A stretch of 59,573 nt of DNA from an uncultured virus (IMG/VR IMGVR_UViG_3300050821_016519) (Duplodnaviria > Heunggongvirae > Uroviricota > Caudoviricetes): IMG/VR virus record IMGVR_UViG_3300050821_016519. One strand, written 5' to 3'. The first letter of the stretch is position 1; each line of letters begins with the position of its first letter. The notes under the pieces were generated by a model. The model saw only the letters and a program-made list of their open reading frames with translations. It had not been told where the DNA came from and did not search any database. Of this stretch, positions 41,846-52,681 are shown piece after piece. The position numbers were made by a program, and so were the translations under genes.

Positions 41846-42746
41846 AATCCCCTGGAGACAGCGAAGACGAAATCCATTGCGGGCTCTATCCGCAGTGGGT
41901 TTTCTGGTACGATCCGGATTGACGACCGAATGCCCGATGGGACTACATGCTAAAAGGTGTCTCATCAATCCTTGTCGGCCGTCGTTTTTGCCAACATGCT
42001 TCCGACCCGCAGAACCATTCTGGGCGCAGCCGGTGCCAGCGCTCTATCGCGCATCCTGTTGCCCTGGCGTCCCCAGCCGCAAGATTTGATCGTCCCCGGA
42101 AACGACATTGAACGGGTCGAGCCCACGCTCACGCCACTGTCGCCCGGTGACCCGCGCGTCATCGCCCAGTTTGTCATCGCCCTCGGCTCCAACTTTCGAT
42201 ATGTGCCGATGCCCGGCAACGAGCTGAATCACGTCACCGAGATTTTCGTCGCCGCCAACGAGCACGCGATGCACTTCGGCCTGATCGGTCGGCGCGATTA
42301 GCGGTTGCGTTCCTTCTTGGGCGGGTGTCCGCGATTGACCTTGCGGCCGATCTTGATCCACGGCGCTTCGCGACGGCGCTGCGCCTGCCCCACCACCACC
42401 TTGCGGCTGGTCCGGAACTGTCTCACGCGAGGTTGAATATATGCCCGACCATTCAGTCCTCAAACCCCACGGCACGATCATCGTCACCGACCCCGACGCC
42501 GGCACGATCGTCAAGGATTGTCTGAGGTGCTGTCACTGTCAGGCGGTTTGGGTAGTCGTGAGAGGCAGTGGCAAGCGCCGCGGCTTCTGCACCAAATGCA
42601 TGGGACCGACCTGCGGCAGCGACGAGTGCATGGCCTGCAATCCTTGGGAAAAACGCCTTGAGCGCATCGAGGCCGGCAAACCGGAACTGCCTCAGTAGGC
42701 TGTCTCCCCCTCTCCCCCTCGCCCCCTCTCCCACTCCTCCGCCAGC

Positions 42747-44144
42747 ATGCCCCTCCGCTTCCAATACCAGTCCCTCGCCGAGCCGCTCAGCGAACTCGGT
42801 GAATCGGTCCGCGTCGATAAATGGATCGGCTACGGTCCGCACTGGCTGATTCCCCCGGCCCGGATTCCGACGTCGGCAATCCCCTGGCTGTCGGAGCCGC
42901 TCTCCGAAAGCGCCGAGAGCTGGCGCATCGACAAATGGCTGGGATCAAAGCCCGATCGGCTCAATCCCTTCCCGCGGCTCCCCATCGAATGTCAGACCGG
43001 CGCGACGGCGGTTCAATGGGCGGCGCTGATTACGACGGTCGATCGCTGGCTGGGACATTCACCCGCCGTTCTACCGCGATTCATTCCGGGACCGATCGAA
43101 GCGCAGACGGGACTGTCAGCGCCGCTTCATCCCGGCAACTGGCTGGCCGCCCTGGCCATCGGGCAATGGGCATCGAGTCAGCCGGTCGCTCCGCCGCTTC
43201 TGCCGAAGATCAACACCTGGGGCGCTGCCGTTGCCCCGGCGACGTTCTCACCGCTCAGTGAATCAGGTCTTGAGCGCTCGCTTTGTCCGTTCGTCAGCCC
43301 GCCCATCTGGCTGCCGCCGCGATTACCGGTTGAATGTCAGACGGGATCAATTGCTCCACTATCTGGGGCGCTGTCTGGATCGACGGCTACGGTAGCGCAG
43401 TGGGGATTTCAAGATCCAATCGCACCGCCCGCCGCGAGGTTGCCGGCAGCGTGCGCCCCTTCGCTGTTTCTGCCGACGCTGGGAACGCCGCCAAGCGCCT
43501 CGATCGATGGCTGGCAGGGATCAAGTCCATCAATCAACTATTCCAGAACCCGTTTACCCGCGGAGGTTCAGACTGGCGCGATCGAAGCCTTACCGGTGGT
43601 GGATGCCCTGGGCTGGCGCGGGGTTCAGCCGTCATCGAGCATTCAGCCCACCCGATTGCCGGTGGAATGTCAGTCGGGCGAAGTTGCGCCGCTGGCTGGC
43701 GCGCTTGAACAATCGGCGATAACGCTTGCACAGTGGAACTTCCAGCAGCCGGTTTTCCCCGCGTCTCCGCGTCCCGGCGTCCCCGCGTCTCTTATCACCT
43801 ATCCCGTCTGGCCCAACGTCGAGTCCACCAGTGTCGATCGCTGGTTTGGCTCAGCTCCTCATCGCCTCAATGCCGCCCCGCGCTTGCCGGTGGAATGTCA
43901 GTCGGGCGAGACGCAAGCGCCGATCGGGGCGTTGTCCGGTTCGCCGGTTCTGACGCAATGGGCCTTTGAATTCCCCGGTGCCATGCCGGGACTGACCTTG
44001 CCTTCGGGCGCTTGGCCCATGTTCTTTGCCCCGGTGTGGATCGGGCCTCATGTGACGCCTGGGGGATTGGTCTTCCCGGTGGTCTCTTATCGTACTGGGG
44101 TTTTTGGACCGAATTGCAACAACGTCTTCGGACCGCTGGCTTGA
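42747..44144 (+). CDS. Pro/Trp-rich repeat protein
   Basis: recurrent W...RLP[VI]ECQ[ST]G units. Confidence 0.65.
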   Translation: MPLRFQYQSLAEPLSELGESVRVDKWIGYGPHWLIPPARIPTSAIPWLSEPLSESAESWRIDKWLGSKPDRLNPFPRLPIECQTGATAVQWAALITTVDRWLGHSPAVLPRFIPGPIEAQTGLSAPLHPGNWLAALAIGQWASSQPVAPPLLPKINTWGAAVAPATFSPLSESGLERSLCPFVSPPIWLPPRLPVECQTGSIAPLSGALSGSTATVAQWGFQDPIAPPAARLPAACAPSLFLPTLGTPPSASIDGWQGSSPSINYSRTRLPAEVQTGAIEALPVVDALGWRGVQPSSSIQPTRLPVECQSGEVAPLAGALEQSAITLAQWNFQQPVFPASPRPGVPASLITYPVWPNVESTSVDRWFGSAPHRLNAAPRLPVECQSGETQAPIGALSGSPVLTQWAFEFPGAMPGLTLPSGAWPMFFAPVWIGPHVTPGGLVFPVVSYRTGVFGPNCNNVFGPLA

Positions 44145-44293
44145 TCCCTCAACCCTGACCCCCTCCGCCACCGCCGCCGGACAGCAGCCGATCATGGTGG
44201 GGCCGACCGTGAATGTGGATTGGGACAAGGGCGGGAACCTGGTGCGGTGATCCCCTCCCCCGCATCGTGCCGGGGCCAAGTAAGCGATAAGAC

Positions 44294-44702
44294 ATGGCAG
44301 CAGTAATCACAGCAGGTCCGGGCACACTCTCCGCAGGCGGCAAGGTCGCTACGTTTCCGCTCCTAACCAGTGGCGTGACGGGTACGGGGTATGGTCCGGC
44401 GAGCGGCGTCACGGGACTGCGGATTTACCTCCTCTGGCGCGGATGCGATTCTCTACCACATCGCCTCAGCTACGATCAGCGGCTCGACGTTGACGGTCAC
44501 GCTCGACACGCTCGTTACTTCAGGAACGACCGTCGTTCTGGACGTGCTTACTTCTAGCAATCTCACCGATGCCTTGTCCAACACGGCGCAGGGGCAGACC
44601 GGCCAGACGATCACCAACAACAGCACGAAGACAGCGACGAGCTACGGGCTGACGAACGCTGGACTGTGCGTTCTTGGAATCGACCCTACGGTCCAGCCCT
44701 AA
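44294..44702 (+). pseudogene. Thr/Gly-rich Ig-like protein fragment with apparent frameshift near 44420
   Basis: 44294 frame reads well to GVTGL; the 44391 frame continues SGADAILYHIASATISGSTLTVTL. Confidence 0.5.
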
Positions 44703-44821
44703 TGTCGCTGGAGCTGACCGGGGTTTCGGAGTCGAGTCAGTCCGTGCCGGAGCCGCCGATGGCGCTGTTGCTGGCCGCGGCGCTGCTGCTGGGGATTCGG
44801 TTCCGCAAAGTGGCGAAGTAA
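44702..44821 (+). CDS. 39-aa ORF that is essentially a PEP-CTERM sorting signal
   Basis: MSLELTGVSESSQS-VPEP-PMALLLAAALLLGI-RFRKVAK*. Confidence 0.6.
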   Translation: MSLELTGVSESSQSVPEPPMALLLAAALLLGIRFRKVAK

Positions 44822-44852
44822 ATCGCGTGGTTGAAGCAATCGAGTCGCGATC

Positions 44853-45569
44853 ATGCCTTACTCGCCCGGCGGCAACTTCCAGCGCTCGTTCATCACGCAA
44901 ACCACAGCGGGGGTGAAGCAAAACGCGGACGTTCCGCCAACAGCGCTCTTGCGCCACAACGGCGCCACAGACGCAACCGTCACCGTCACCATCACCAACA
45001 ACGGCGCCGGAGACTACACCGCCTCGGGCACCCTTCCCGGCACCTACCTCGACGGCGACGATTGCGAGATCATCGTCAGCGCCACCGTCGGGGGAACCGC
45101 AGGTGAGCTGGTCATCTATCTGGGTGAGGTATCCAAGCTCCAGGCGAACCTCATCAACGCCCTGTCTGGCCAGACCGTCATCGTCCAGAGCCCGGTGGGT
45201 GTGGGCTCGATCCGCATTGTCGAGAAGGATGCCTATCTGGCAGCAGATGGGCGTGCGTTATTGTTCACGATTCAGCCGGGCAACAACTGGCCGCTCACCC
45301 TGGCAGGTTGGACCATTACCTTCACAGCGACCAAGACGACATCCAACATCAGCGCCGGGACAGCGACGATCACCACAACCGGGGCGGTCAACGTGGCCAC
45401 CGGGGCGGGGCAGCAGGTGCAGGTGGAGCTGGCCAGCAGCCTGACGACGGGATTGGCCATAGGTGTGGGTAACAAAGGCTATAACTTCGACGTGGTAGCG
45501 ACCAATGGCAGCGATCGTGCGACGTTGGTGACTGGCCTGATGGATGTCCTTCCCAACGTGACGGCATAA
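44853..45569 (+). CDS. virion protein with BppU-like C-terminal domain
   Basis: LTLAGWTITFTA...VQVELASSLT...YNFDVVAT...TLVTG. Confidence 0.55.
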   Translation: MPYSPGGNFQRSFITQTTAGVKQNADVPPTALLRHNGATDATVTVTITNNGAGDYTASGTLPGTYLDGDDCEIIVSATVGGTAGELVIYLGEVSKLQANLINALSGQTVIVQSPVGVGSIRIVEKDAYLAADGRALLFTIQPGNNWPLTLAGWTITFTATKTTSNISAGTATITTTGAVNVATGAGQQVQVELASSLTTGLAIGVGNKGYNFDVVATNGSDRATLVTGLMDVLPNVTA

Positions 45570-45752
45570 GCACACGGCGCCAGCGATGAGATATGCCATG
45601 CCAATGGGAACCAATTGGATTGCCGGAAATCCAACCTCTATTCCTTCCCATCGACCAGTCGAGTAACCCGTTTCCGCTGCATTAAAAAAGCGTAAGGTAC
45701 TGGCGCGGGGGGTCGGGTATCCGCGATTGCGGCGGCGTCGAACGATTTATAA

Positions 45753-46271
45753 ATGTTGGTTGCAAAAAAAAGGGTTGCCAGGGTTGCCAGCGCGGCCAAG
45801 CGCAAGCCCAAGAAGGCCAAGGGCCTGCGCCAGCCGATCGAGAGCCTGCGCCAGCTCGCCGCAGCTTTAGGTAAAAGTCACACGGCCCTGGAGAAGCTGG
45901 CCAAGCGGGACGACTGGCCGTTCAAGCCGCCTTATCCGGTCGCGGAGGTCAAAGCCTGGTGCGAGCTGAATGCGGTGGGGCCGGCGGGCGAAACCAAGCT
46001 GACCCCTGAGCGGGACGTCAAGCTCAAGCTGCTCGGCGCCAAGCTGGCCAAGATGGAGCTGGAGTATCAGATCGAGACGCAGGCCATGGTGTCGCGTGAC
46101 GAGGTGGAGCGGGAGAACGTGAAGAAGGTGATGGCGGTGCGGAATGAGCTGATGAACACGCCGCGGCTGATGGCGATGCTGGCGCCCTGCACGAACGACG
46201 TGGAACGGGAGGCAGCGATCCGCCAGTTTCACAAGGGCATCTGCGACCGGTTCGCCGGGCACGCGGCTTGA
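45753..46271 (+). CDS. terminase small subunit (Nu1-like)
   Basis: SLRQLAAALGKSHTAL HTH, KLAKMELEY...MVSRDEVE coiled coil; same strand as gpA-type TerL. Confidence 0.6.
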   Translation: MLVAKKRVARVASAAKRKPKKAKGLRQPIESLRQLAAALGKSHTALEKLAKRDDWPFKPPYPVAEVKAWCELNAVGPAGETKLTPERDVKLKLLGAKLAKMELEYQIETQAMVSRDEVERENVKKVMAVRNELMNTPRLMAMLAPCTNDVEREAAIRQFHKGICDRFAGHAA

Positions 46272-46789
46272 TTACCCCGGCTTGCTCCGTTCCTTCTCGT
46301 CCGCGTTGAGCAGCTTGACGATCCGCTCGGCCAGTTGTCGATCCTGAACCAGCGCCGCCGGGTGCCGGAGGAAGTCGATTCCCGTCAATCCTGAATCCAG
46401 GTCGTCGATGCGGTAGAAGGTTTGCTTGTCCAGTTGGATCTGGCCGTTGATGGTGAAGTTCATCGTTTTTTTCTCCGAGCGCCTTGTTTCGTTGGGTCAA
46501 TGTTTTCCACCCACGTAAATTCTCCAAACTGGAGGCCCGGAGCGATGCGGCCTTTCAGGAACGCCGCGAATTGCCTGAAACGAAATAGTTCGATGTGAAG
46601 AAGGTCGAGGAGTTGGAGGAGTTCCTTTTCGGCAACCGGAGTTTCCTTCTGGAGTGCCCGGGCGCGAAGGATTGCAGTCACCATCGCTGCCCTTAGATCA
46701 GACGGCGCGATCTTGTCCAACCCTTCAAGAAAAATATGTACGCCAGAGAGGGCATCGGATGCTGATTTGGACTTCCGCTTGGTCATGAT

Positions 46790-47299
46790 CTATCTCCGCT
46801 CATGTTTCCCCCGGCACTCGACACAGTAGAATTCTCCCGCTTCCCCCTCGAACAGGTCGCCGCACGAACAGCACTCAGACGTTTCCAGCCGCGCCGGCGT
46901 TCCCGGCAGCCGGATGGTCTTCTGCGGCGGGTTGACGTTCAATTCGTCGATGACGATGGCGACTCCCAGGCGGGCGCTGATGATCTTCTCCAGTCGGGAT
47001 TTCTCGACATGGCCGTCGTGAATGTCCCGGTGACAGGGGATGCAGACGTAGACGATATTCGTGCTCACCTCGTCGCTTCCGCCGGCTGCTCTTGTGATTA
47101 AATGGTGGCCGTGAATGCGCGTCGGATCGAACGGGGCAAACCCGCAGAGCTCACACACCGGGCGCTTGTAGCGTTTGATGCCGGCGGGGTCTTTGAGTCT
47201 GACGCCGACCTTGGGGATGGCGAGGGCCTGGTTGTCGGCGTAGCTCCTCCGCTTGAAGGGTCCGGGCTTGGCGAGGTATTGGAAGGTGCCATCGGGCAT
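46790..47299 (-). CDS. HNH endonuclease with C-terminal Zn ribbon
   Basis: CELCG...HGHHLITRAAGGSD...NIVYVCIPCHRDIH. Confidence 0.8.
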   Translation of the reverse strand: MPDGTFQYLAKPGPFKRRSYADNQALAIPKVGVRLKDPAGIKRYKRPVCELCGFAPFDPTRIHGHHLITRAAGGSDEVSTNIVYVCIPCHRDIHDGHVEKSRLEKIISARLGVAIVIDELNVNPPQKTIRLPGTPARLETSECCSCGDLFEGEAGEFYCVECRGKHERR

Positions 47300-47700
47300 G
47301 AATCATTTCCTCTGCGGCAGGGGCCAGTCGAACAGCATGTGGGCCACGCCGCCTTGGCTGAAATGAACTTCGCTTCCGCCTAATTCGAGGTTGCTGATCG
47401 CCGACAAGAGGACGCCGACGTTGGCCAGCGCCAGTGTCGCGGGCATGGCCCCTTCGATCTGCGAACAGGAGACGTGCAGCTTTTCCACCAGCCCGATGCG
47501 CTCGCGGGAAACGATCAGGCGATAGGACGTTCCCGGATGGCGCTCCAGGTCGAAGACGTGCTCGCGGTGTTTGCCGGGGCGGTCGTCGCTGCCGGTGGCC
47601 TGGTCCTCTTTGATCGTCTCCGCGTCCCAGCATTTTTCGATGGCGCGAGGGAACCGGGCCTTGGCGGATTCGATGGATTCGATTTTGATGGGGAGGGGCA

Positions 47701-47994
47701 TCACGTCACTTCCGTTCTGGAGCAGACCAGCACGTCGCCGACCACCGGATCATCACAGCGCCGCCCCGTGTTGCGGAACGCCATCTGGCGATAAAGCTGC
47801 GTGCCCATGTTGTTGAGAGGGAGATTTTCCAAGAGCCCGGATTCGTTCACGACCATCAGGGACCCCTCGTCGAGCCGGACGATCTCGATATAGCCGCCGA
47901 CGAATGCCTTCAACTCCGCGAGGGTGAATTCTGTTCCCTGCTTCGGTGTGACGACTTGCGAAGTGCCATCGGTTTTCCAGAGGGTGGCCATCAC
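47701..47994 (-). CDS. DUF3846-like protein
   Basis: FTLAELKAFVGGYIEIV...MVVNESG...LPLN...VVGDVLV. Confidence 0.75.
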   Translation of the reverse strand: MMATLWKTDGTSQVVTPKQGTEFTLAELKAFVGGYIEIVRLDEGSLMVVNESGLLENLPLNNMGTQLYRQMAFRNTGRRCDDPVVGDVLVCSRTEVT

Positions 47995-49538
47995 TGACTC
48001 GCTTTCTGCGCTTCGGCCTTGCTGACAAACACGGATTCGGCAAAGCAGTCGCGCGGGACACAGCGCTGATCGTCATCGAAGCTCACCACCACCCGCTCCC
48101 GTCCCTCCTGCTGATAAGAGCGCAGCACATGGGCCGGGCGTGCGCCACGTCCGTACTCCGCAATGAACACGGGCTGTTTGGGGGTGAAGGTCATTGGCCC
48201 TCGGCCCGGATTGACGCGGTGACGGGCCGCACGCCGATCGTCCATTCGCCGATGGGAGATTCTTTGAATTGATGCCCGACGCTGGCGGCCAGCTCCTCGA
48301 CGAGGCTGAGCTGTTCCAGCGCCGTCCATTTCCCGTTCTCGATGGCGTCGGCGATCGCAGCCTCTTGCGTCGGGCCGAAGCCCTGGATGAGGTAGCCGCG
48401 AAGGTAAACCCGTTCGAGGTTAATCGCCGCGTGCCAGCGAGCGCCGTCGCTTTCACGATGGGGTCTGAGGTCGCCGATCTTCTTGCCGCCGACCAGGATG
48501 TCGCAGGGGAGCGCATCGGTGTTCTGTTGCTGGGGCTTGAGGGTGAGGTTCATGGGTTATCTCCGGCTGCCTTCTGAGCAGCGCACGTCTCCGCAGGTAA
48601 TGTGACCATCCAATGCCGGGCGTCCGCAGCCGGGGCATTTGGGCCAGCCGGGGGGATAGCCTTCGGTGGGGTTTGCTTCTGTTTTCCGAACCGAGAATCC
48701 GACCACGCCGCCTTCGAGGATGCTGACCACTTCGCCTTTCGGAGCGATAGAGAATCGACCCTCGGTCGCATCAACGGACGTGGCCGCGCCGTTGAGGTCG
48801 AGTCCCGCAGGCAATCCGATGAAACGAAAGGGGAGGCCGCAGCACCGGCAGTTGATCCGCACGTCGGCTTGAAATCTTCCTGTGTCCTCAAGTCGATGCA
48901 CGTCCACTTCTGCCGCAAAATCTTCGTGCGTGCATTGGTTGAGCAATTCTTTTTTCCAGAAGTAGCGGTAGTGAGTCCGACCTCTGTTGCCGGGGCACGT
49001 TTCGCAGTAGAAGTCTCCGGCCTTTGATGCGTCGAATTGCTCGCGGTTTAGCGGGCTGGATTCTGCCTGCCGAACCTCATGCAACGGCTTGCCGCAATCG
49101 GGGCATTTAAAATGTGTCATGGCGTCTTTCCTTCTGCCTTGGTGATCGCGCTACGGGCGGCGTTGATGGCGTTGGTGAGTTGTTCCCAGATGGCCGCCGC
49201 AACCGGATCGGTCGGTTGGTGCTGCGCGATCCCGATCCCCGCCCAATGCATCAATTTGCATGCTTCCAGAAGCTCGGGGGCGGCGGCGATCAATCGGGCA
49301 TCTGGAAACGATTCGACCGTCTCCAGCGTTGCCGCTTTCATCAATCCGCCCTTGTCGCCCTCGCGGATCGCGAATCGAGCCGTCGCCCGGTTGAATCCCT
49401 GTCGAACGAAGTCCATGACCATGAGCCGGCCGCGATCGGGCGTGCCGAGAAAGAACGTCTCGCCGCCATCGAACGATTGCCATATCCACGGCCCCGGCGT
49501 GTGTTTGTTCTCTGACATGACTTCTCTCCGTTAAAGGC

Positions 49539-49587
49539 AAAAGCAGGGGCGAGGCCGGGGACGTTCACAATTTGGCCTCACCCCCGC
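49539..49587 (-). terminator. hairpin plus T-run within the inverted operon
   Basis: GGGGTGAGGCC/GGCCTCGCCCC stem then GCTTTT on the minus strand. Confidence 0.45.
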
Positions 49588-49606
49588 ACGAAAGGAAACG
49601 CTCGTT

Positions 49607-50044
49607 TCAGCGCAGCGCCGCTTTCAGATCATCGATCGCCACCGACGCCTGCCGCCGGGTCATCTGCTGGAATTCGATCCCGAAGTGGTCGCGGGCGCTC
49701 TCATAGGGATCGACGTGGTGCTCGTTGGCCAGGAGCAGGATCAACTGACGCTGGGAGTCGGTCATCGGCTGATGGCCCGAGCCGTTGCCGCCGTTGCCGT
49801 TGCCGTTCTGAGATTCGATCCGCTGATGGCGCTTGCGGCGGAGACGGGGCTGCATCGCGGCCGACTGTCTGTCGATGGACTCGTGCGCCAGGGCGTAGAG
49901 GTCGCCGATGCGATCCTGTAGTTCACCGGGACGCTCCAGGAGGGATTGATCGAGTTCGGCGGTGACGTTGATGGAGACGCCGGCTGACTGATAATCTTCG
50001 GAGGCTTTACGCGAAAGCCCGACGTTAATTGTGAGGGGCATCAA
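49607..50044 (-). CDS. conserved hypothetical protein of planctomycete mobile elements
   Basis: MPLTINVGLSRKASEDYQSAGVSINVTAELD...MTDSQR...MTRRQASVAIDDL. Confidence 0.6.
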   Translation of the reverse strand: MMPLTINVGLSRKASEDYQSAGVSINVTAELDQSLLERPGELQDRIGDLYALAHESIDRQSAAMQPRLRRKRHQRIESQNGNGNGGNGSGHQPMTDSQRQLILLLANEHHVDPYESARDHFGIEFQQMTRRQASVAIDDLKAALR

Positions 50045-50308
50045 AGCACCTTTTTCCTTTCGTGTTTTGAATCAGGCGTCGACTCGAATCAGATCGGAGA
50101 CGTGGAAGCAAGCGACGTAAACGCCGTCCTTCGACACGTTCAAGAATTGGTTGCGATACCCTCTCGGCTCCGACGAAATCGAACCTTTCACGCCCGCATG
50201 TTCGCCGGTGCGAATCTCAACGTTGTCGCCAATTTTGTATTCGGCTGCCTCTGCCGCGAACTTCTCGATTTGCGTTGTCATTTTGGTTTCCTTTCTTCTG
50301 ACATCAAT

Positions 50309-50337
50309 ACTATAGCGACGTGCGTAGGGTATTTCAA
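50309..50337 (-). promoter_or_regulatory. strong sigma70-like promoter of the inverted operon
   Basis: TTGAAA-17 bp-TATAGT, then AAAGGA RBS and ATG at 50281. Confidence 0.7.
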
Positions 50338-50404
50338 CGGAAAAGCGCCTGCGGAGAAGAATTGTTCAGCGTCTAAGTAACGGGAGTTGCGGCGGTTGTG
50401 ACGG

Positions 50405-50653
50405 CTATAAACGCGGTCGGGTTTTCGCCCTGGCTTTCCCGCGCTTGCGGCCCTTCTTCCAGCCCGGTGGGCGCTTGCGTTTGCGGAAGCGGGCCAGATC
50501 GGCGGGATCGATCAGATACAGGCGGGGATTCACCTTCCGGGCGGGAAGCTCGCCCGAGTCGATGAACTGGCGCACGCGGGCGACGGAACGATCCAATTCC
50601 CTGGCGACTTCCGAGACGGTCAGCATCTTGTCAAGCGGCGTCGCGCCCATCAC
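50405..50653 (-). CDS. HTH_17/excisionase-like regulator with basic tail
   Basis: MLTVSEVARELDRSVARVRQFIDSGELPARK. Confidence 0.8.
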   Translation of the reverse strand: MMGATPLDKMLTVSEVARELDRSVARVRQFIDSGELPARKVNPRLYLIDPADLARFRKRKRPPGWKKGRKRGKARAKTRPRL

Positions 50654-50690
50654 GCCAATACTCTAGCGACATGCGCAGTGTCCGGCAATC

Positions 50691-52680
50691 GTGATTGAGC
50701 CGTCTGTCTCACCCGTCCCTGATCCGTCGCCGCAGTCAGAGGCAGCGGAAGCGCACTGGTCCGAATCCGAGCAGCGCGCCTGGAGCTGGCCCGATCGGCT
50801 CACCCCCAGCCAATGGTCGGCCGTCCATCGCGTTCTCGCCCCCGGCACCAGTCCCGAGCCCGGCCCGTTCAACAATGACAGAACGCCCTATCTCGCCGGC
50901 ATCATGGACGCCGCGGTCGAGGAGGGCATCGAAGAAATCACCGTCGTCAAGGCCACGCAGATCGGCGTCAGCCTGGCGCTTCACAACGTCATCGGCTTCT
51001 GCATCGATCAGGACCCCGGCCCGGCGCTGCTGGTCCTTCCCGTCGAGCAAGCCTGTAAGGAGGTCTTCGCTGAAAAGATCAAGCCGCTCCTGGAAAGCTC
51101 CCCGGCGCTGAAGCGCCACATGAGCAGCCGGAAGTGGGACACCAAAACTCACACGATCGTCCTGGATTCGATGACGTTGTTCGGCGGCTGGGCCGGCTCG
51201 CCGTCCACTCTCGCCGCACGCCAAATACGCTACGTGTTTCTTTGACGAGGTGGACAAGTTCATCGCCTTCTCAGGGCGCGAAGCCGATCCGATCTCGCTG
51301 GCCTATCAGCGCACGCTCACCTACCAGCACCGCAAGCGCATCTTCAAAGTCTCCAGCCCCACCAATCGCGAAGGGGCGATCTGGAAATCCTACGAAGCGA
51401 GCGGCGACAGGCGCCATTTTGAAGTTCCGTGCCCCTTCTGCGGGACGTTTCAGCGGCTGGTTTTCACGCAGGTCAAGTGGCCCAAGCTGGACATCCCCGA
51501 CAAGGTACGTCTGGCCGATGAGATCCAGGTCAACAAGCTGGCCTGGTACGAGTGCAGCAAGTGCAAGGCGCGGATCGAGGACTCGCGGAAACCCGCCATG
51601 CTCCTCAAGGGTCTGTGGGTCAGCGAGGGTCAGTCGGTCACGCTGGAGGGAAAGCTGATCGGAGAGCGCCCGCGCTCGAAGCGCGTCGGGTTCCACATCT
51701 CCTGCCTGTATTCACCGTGGCCCAGCTTCGCCGATGCCGTCGCGGAGTTCATTCGCTGCGAACATGACCCCGCCAAGACGATGAACTTCCGCAATTCGTG
51801 GCTCGCCGAGCCCTTCGAGTTGCAGGTTGCCAAGACAGCGCCCTCTTTCATCCGCGAAAAGTCGTTCAATGCCCCGCCGCCGGGCATCGTTCCCGCCTGG
51901 GCTCGAGCGCTGGTCGCCAGTGCCGATACGCAAGGGACGACTGCCCGAGATGGATGGTTCCCCTACGTTGTCCGGGCCTGGGGCTATGAGTTCCGGAGCC
52001 AACTGATCGAGCACGGCATCGCCAACTCTTTCGAGGAGCTGCGGCAGCGGTGTCTGAACAAGGTTTTTCCCCTCGAGAACGGCCAAAATCTCGTCCAAAA
52101 CGCCCAAAACGCCTCCGTTTCAGGGGGGGCGGGGGCGACAGGGGGGCAAATCGGGCCGAACGGCATCGCGCCGCAGGTGCTTTTCATCGACTCGGGCGGC
52201 CCGCGCTGGTCGGAGGTCTATCAATTCGCTCAATCCGATCGCCTGCGCATCCGGCCGACCAAGGGCTCGTCAACGACGCTGGCAACGCTGCTGGGCAAGA
52301 GTCACCAGAAGAACCACGACATCGTCCTGTTCAACATCGACACCGAGAAGGCGAAAGACCTGCTGTACCGGCTGATTCACGATCCCGATCTGGGCAAATG
52401 GGCGGTGAATTCGGGGATCGACGAGGACTACATCAGCCAGATGGCGTCGGAACACAAGGTTCTCGAGCGGAAAACGGGGAAAGAGCTGTGGGTGAAGGTC
52501 ACCAGCGGCTCAGCGAACCATATGTGGGACACGGAAGTCCTCCAGTGCGCCGCCGCCTTCGATCTGGGGGCCGGCAATCCCGAGCCCCGTCCCATCCAAG
52601 TCGCCAATGACCCCAAGCCGGAGAAACAGAAATTTGACTGGGTGCATTCCCGCCCGCCGATTAGGCCCAGGCCGCGCTGA
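50691..52680 (+). CDS. terL: terminase large subunit (lambda gpA family), +1 frameshift at 51240-51246
   Basis: RTPYLAGIMDA, KATQIGVS, YVFL/DEVDK (Walker B across the shift), VSSPT, CPFCG, GFHIS, IDSGG, NHMWD. Confidence 0.92.
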
Positions 52681-52681
52681 G

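Noticed and set aside
51243..51245. TGA readthrough or alternative genetic code in terL
   Set aside because: In-frame readthrough gives RGGQVH, not Walker B, and TGA ends many normal genes here
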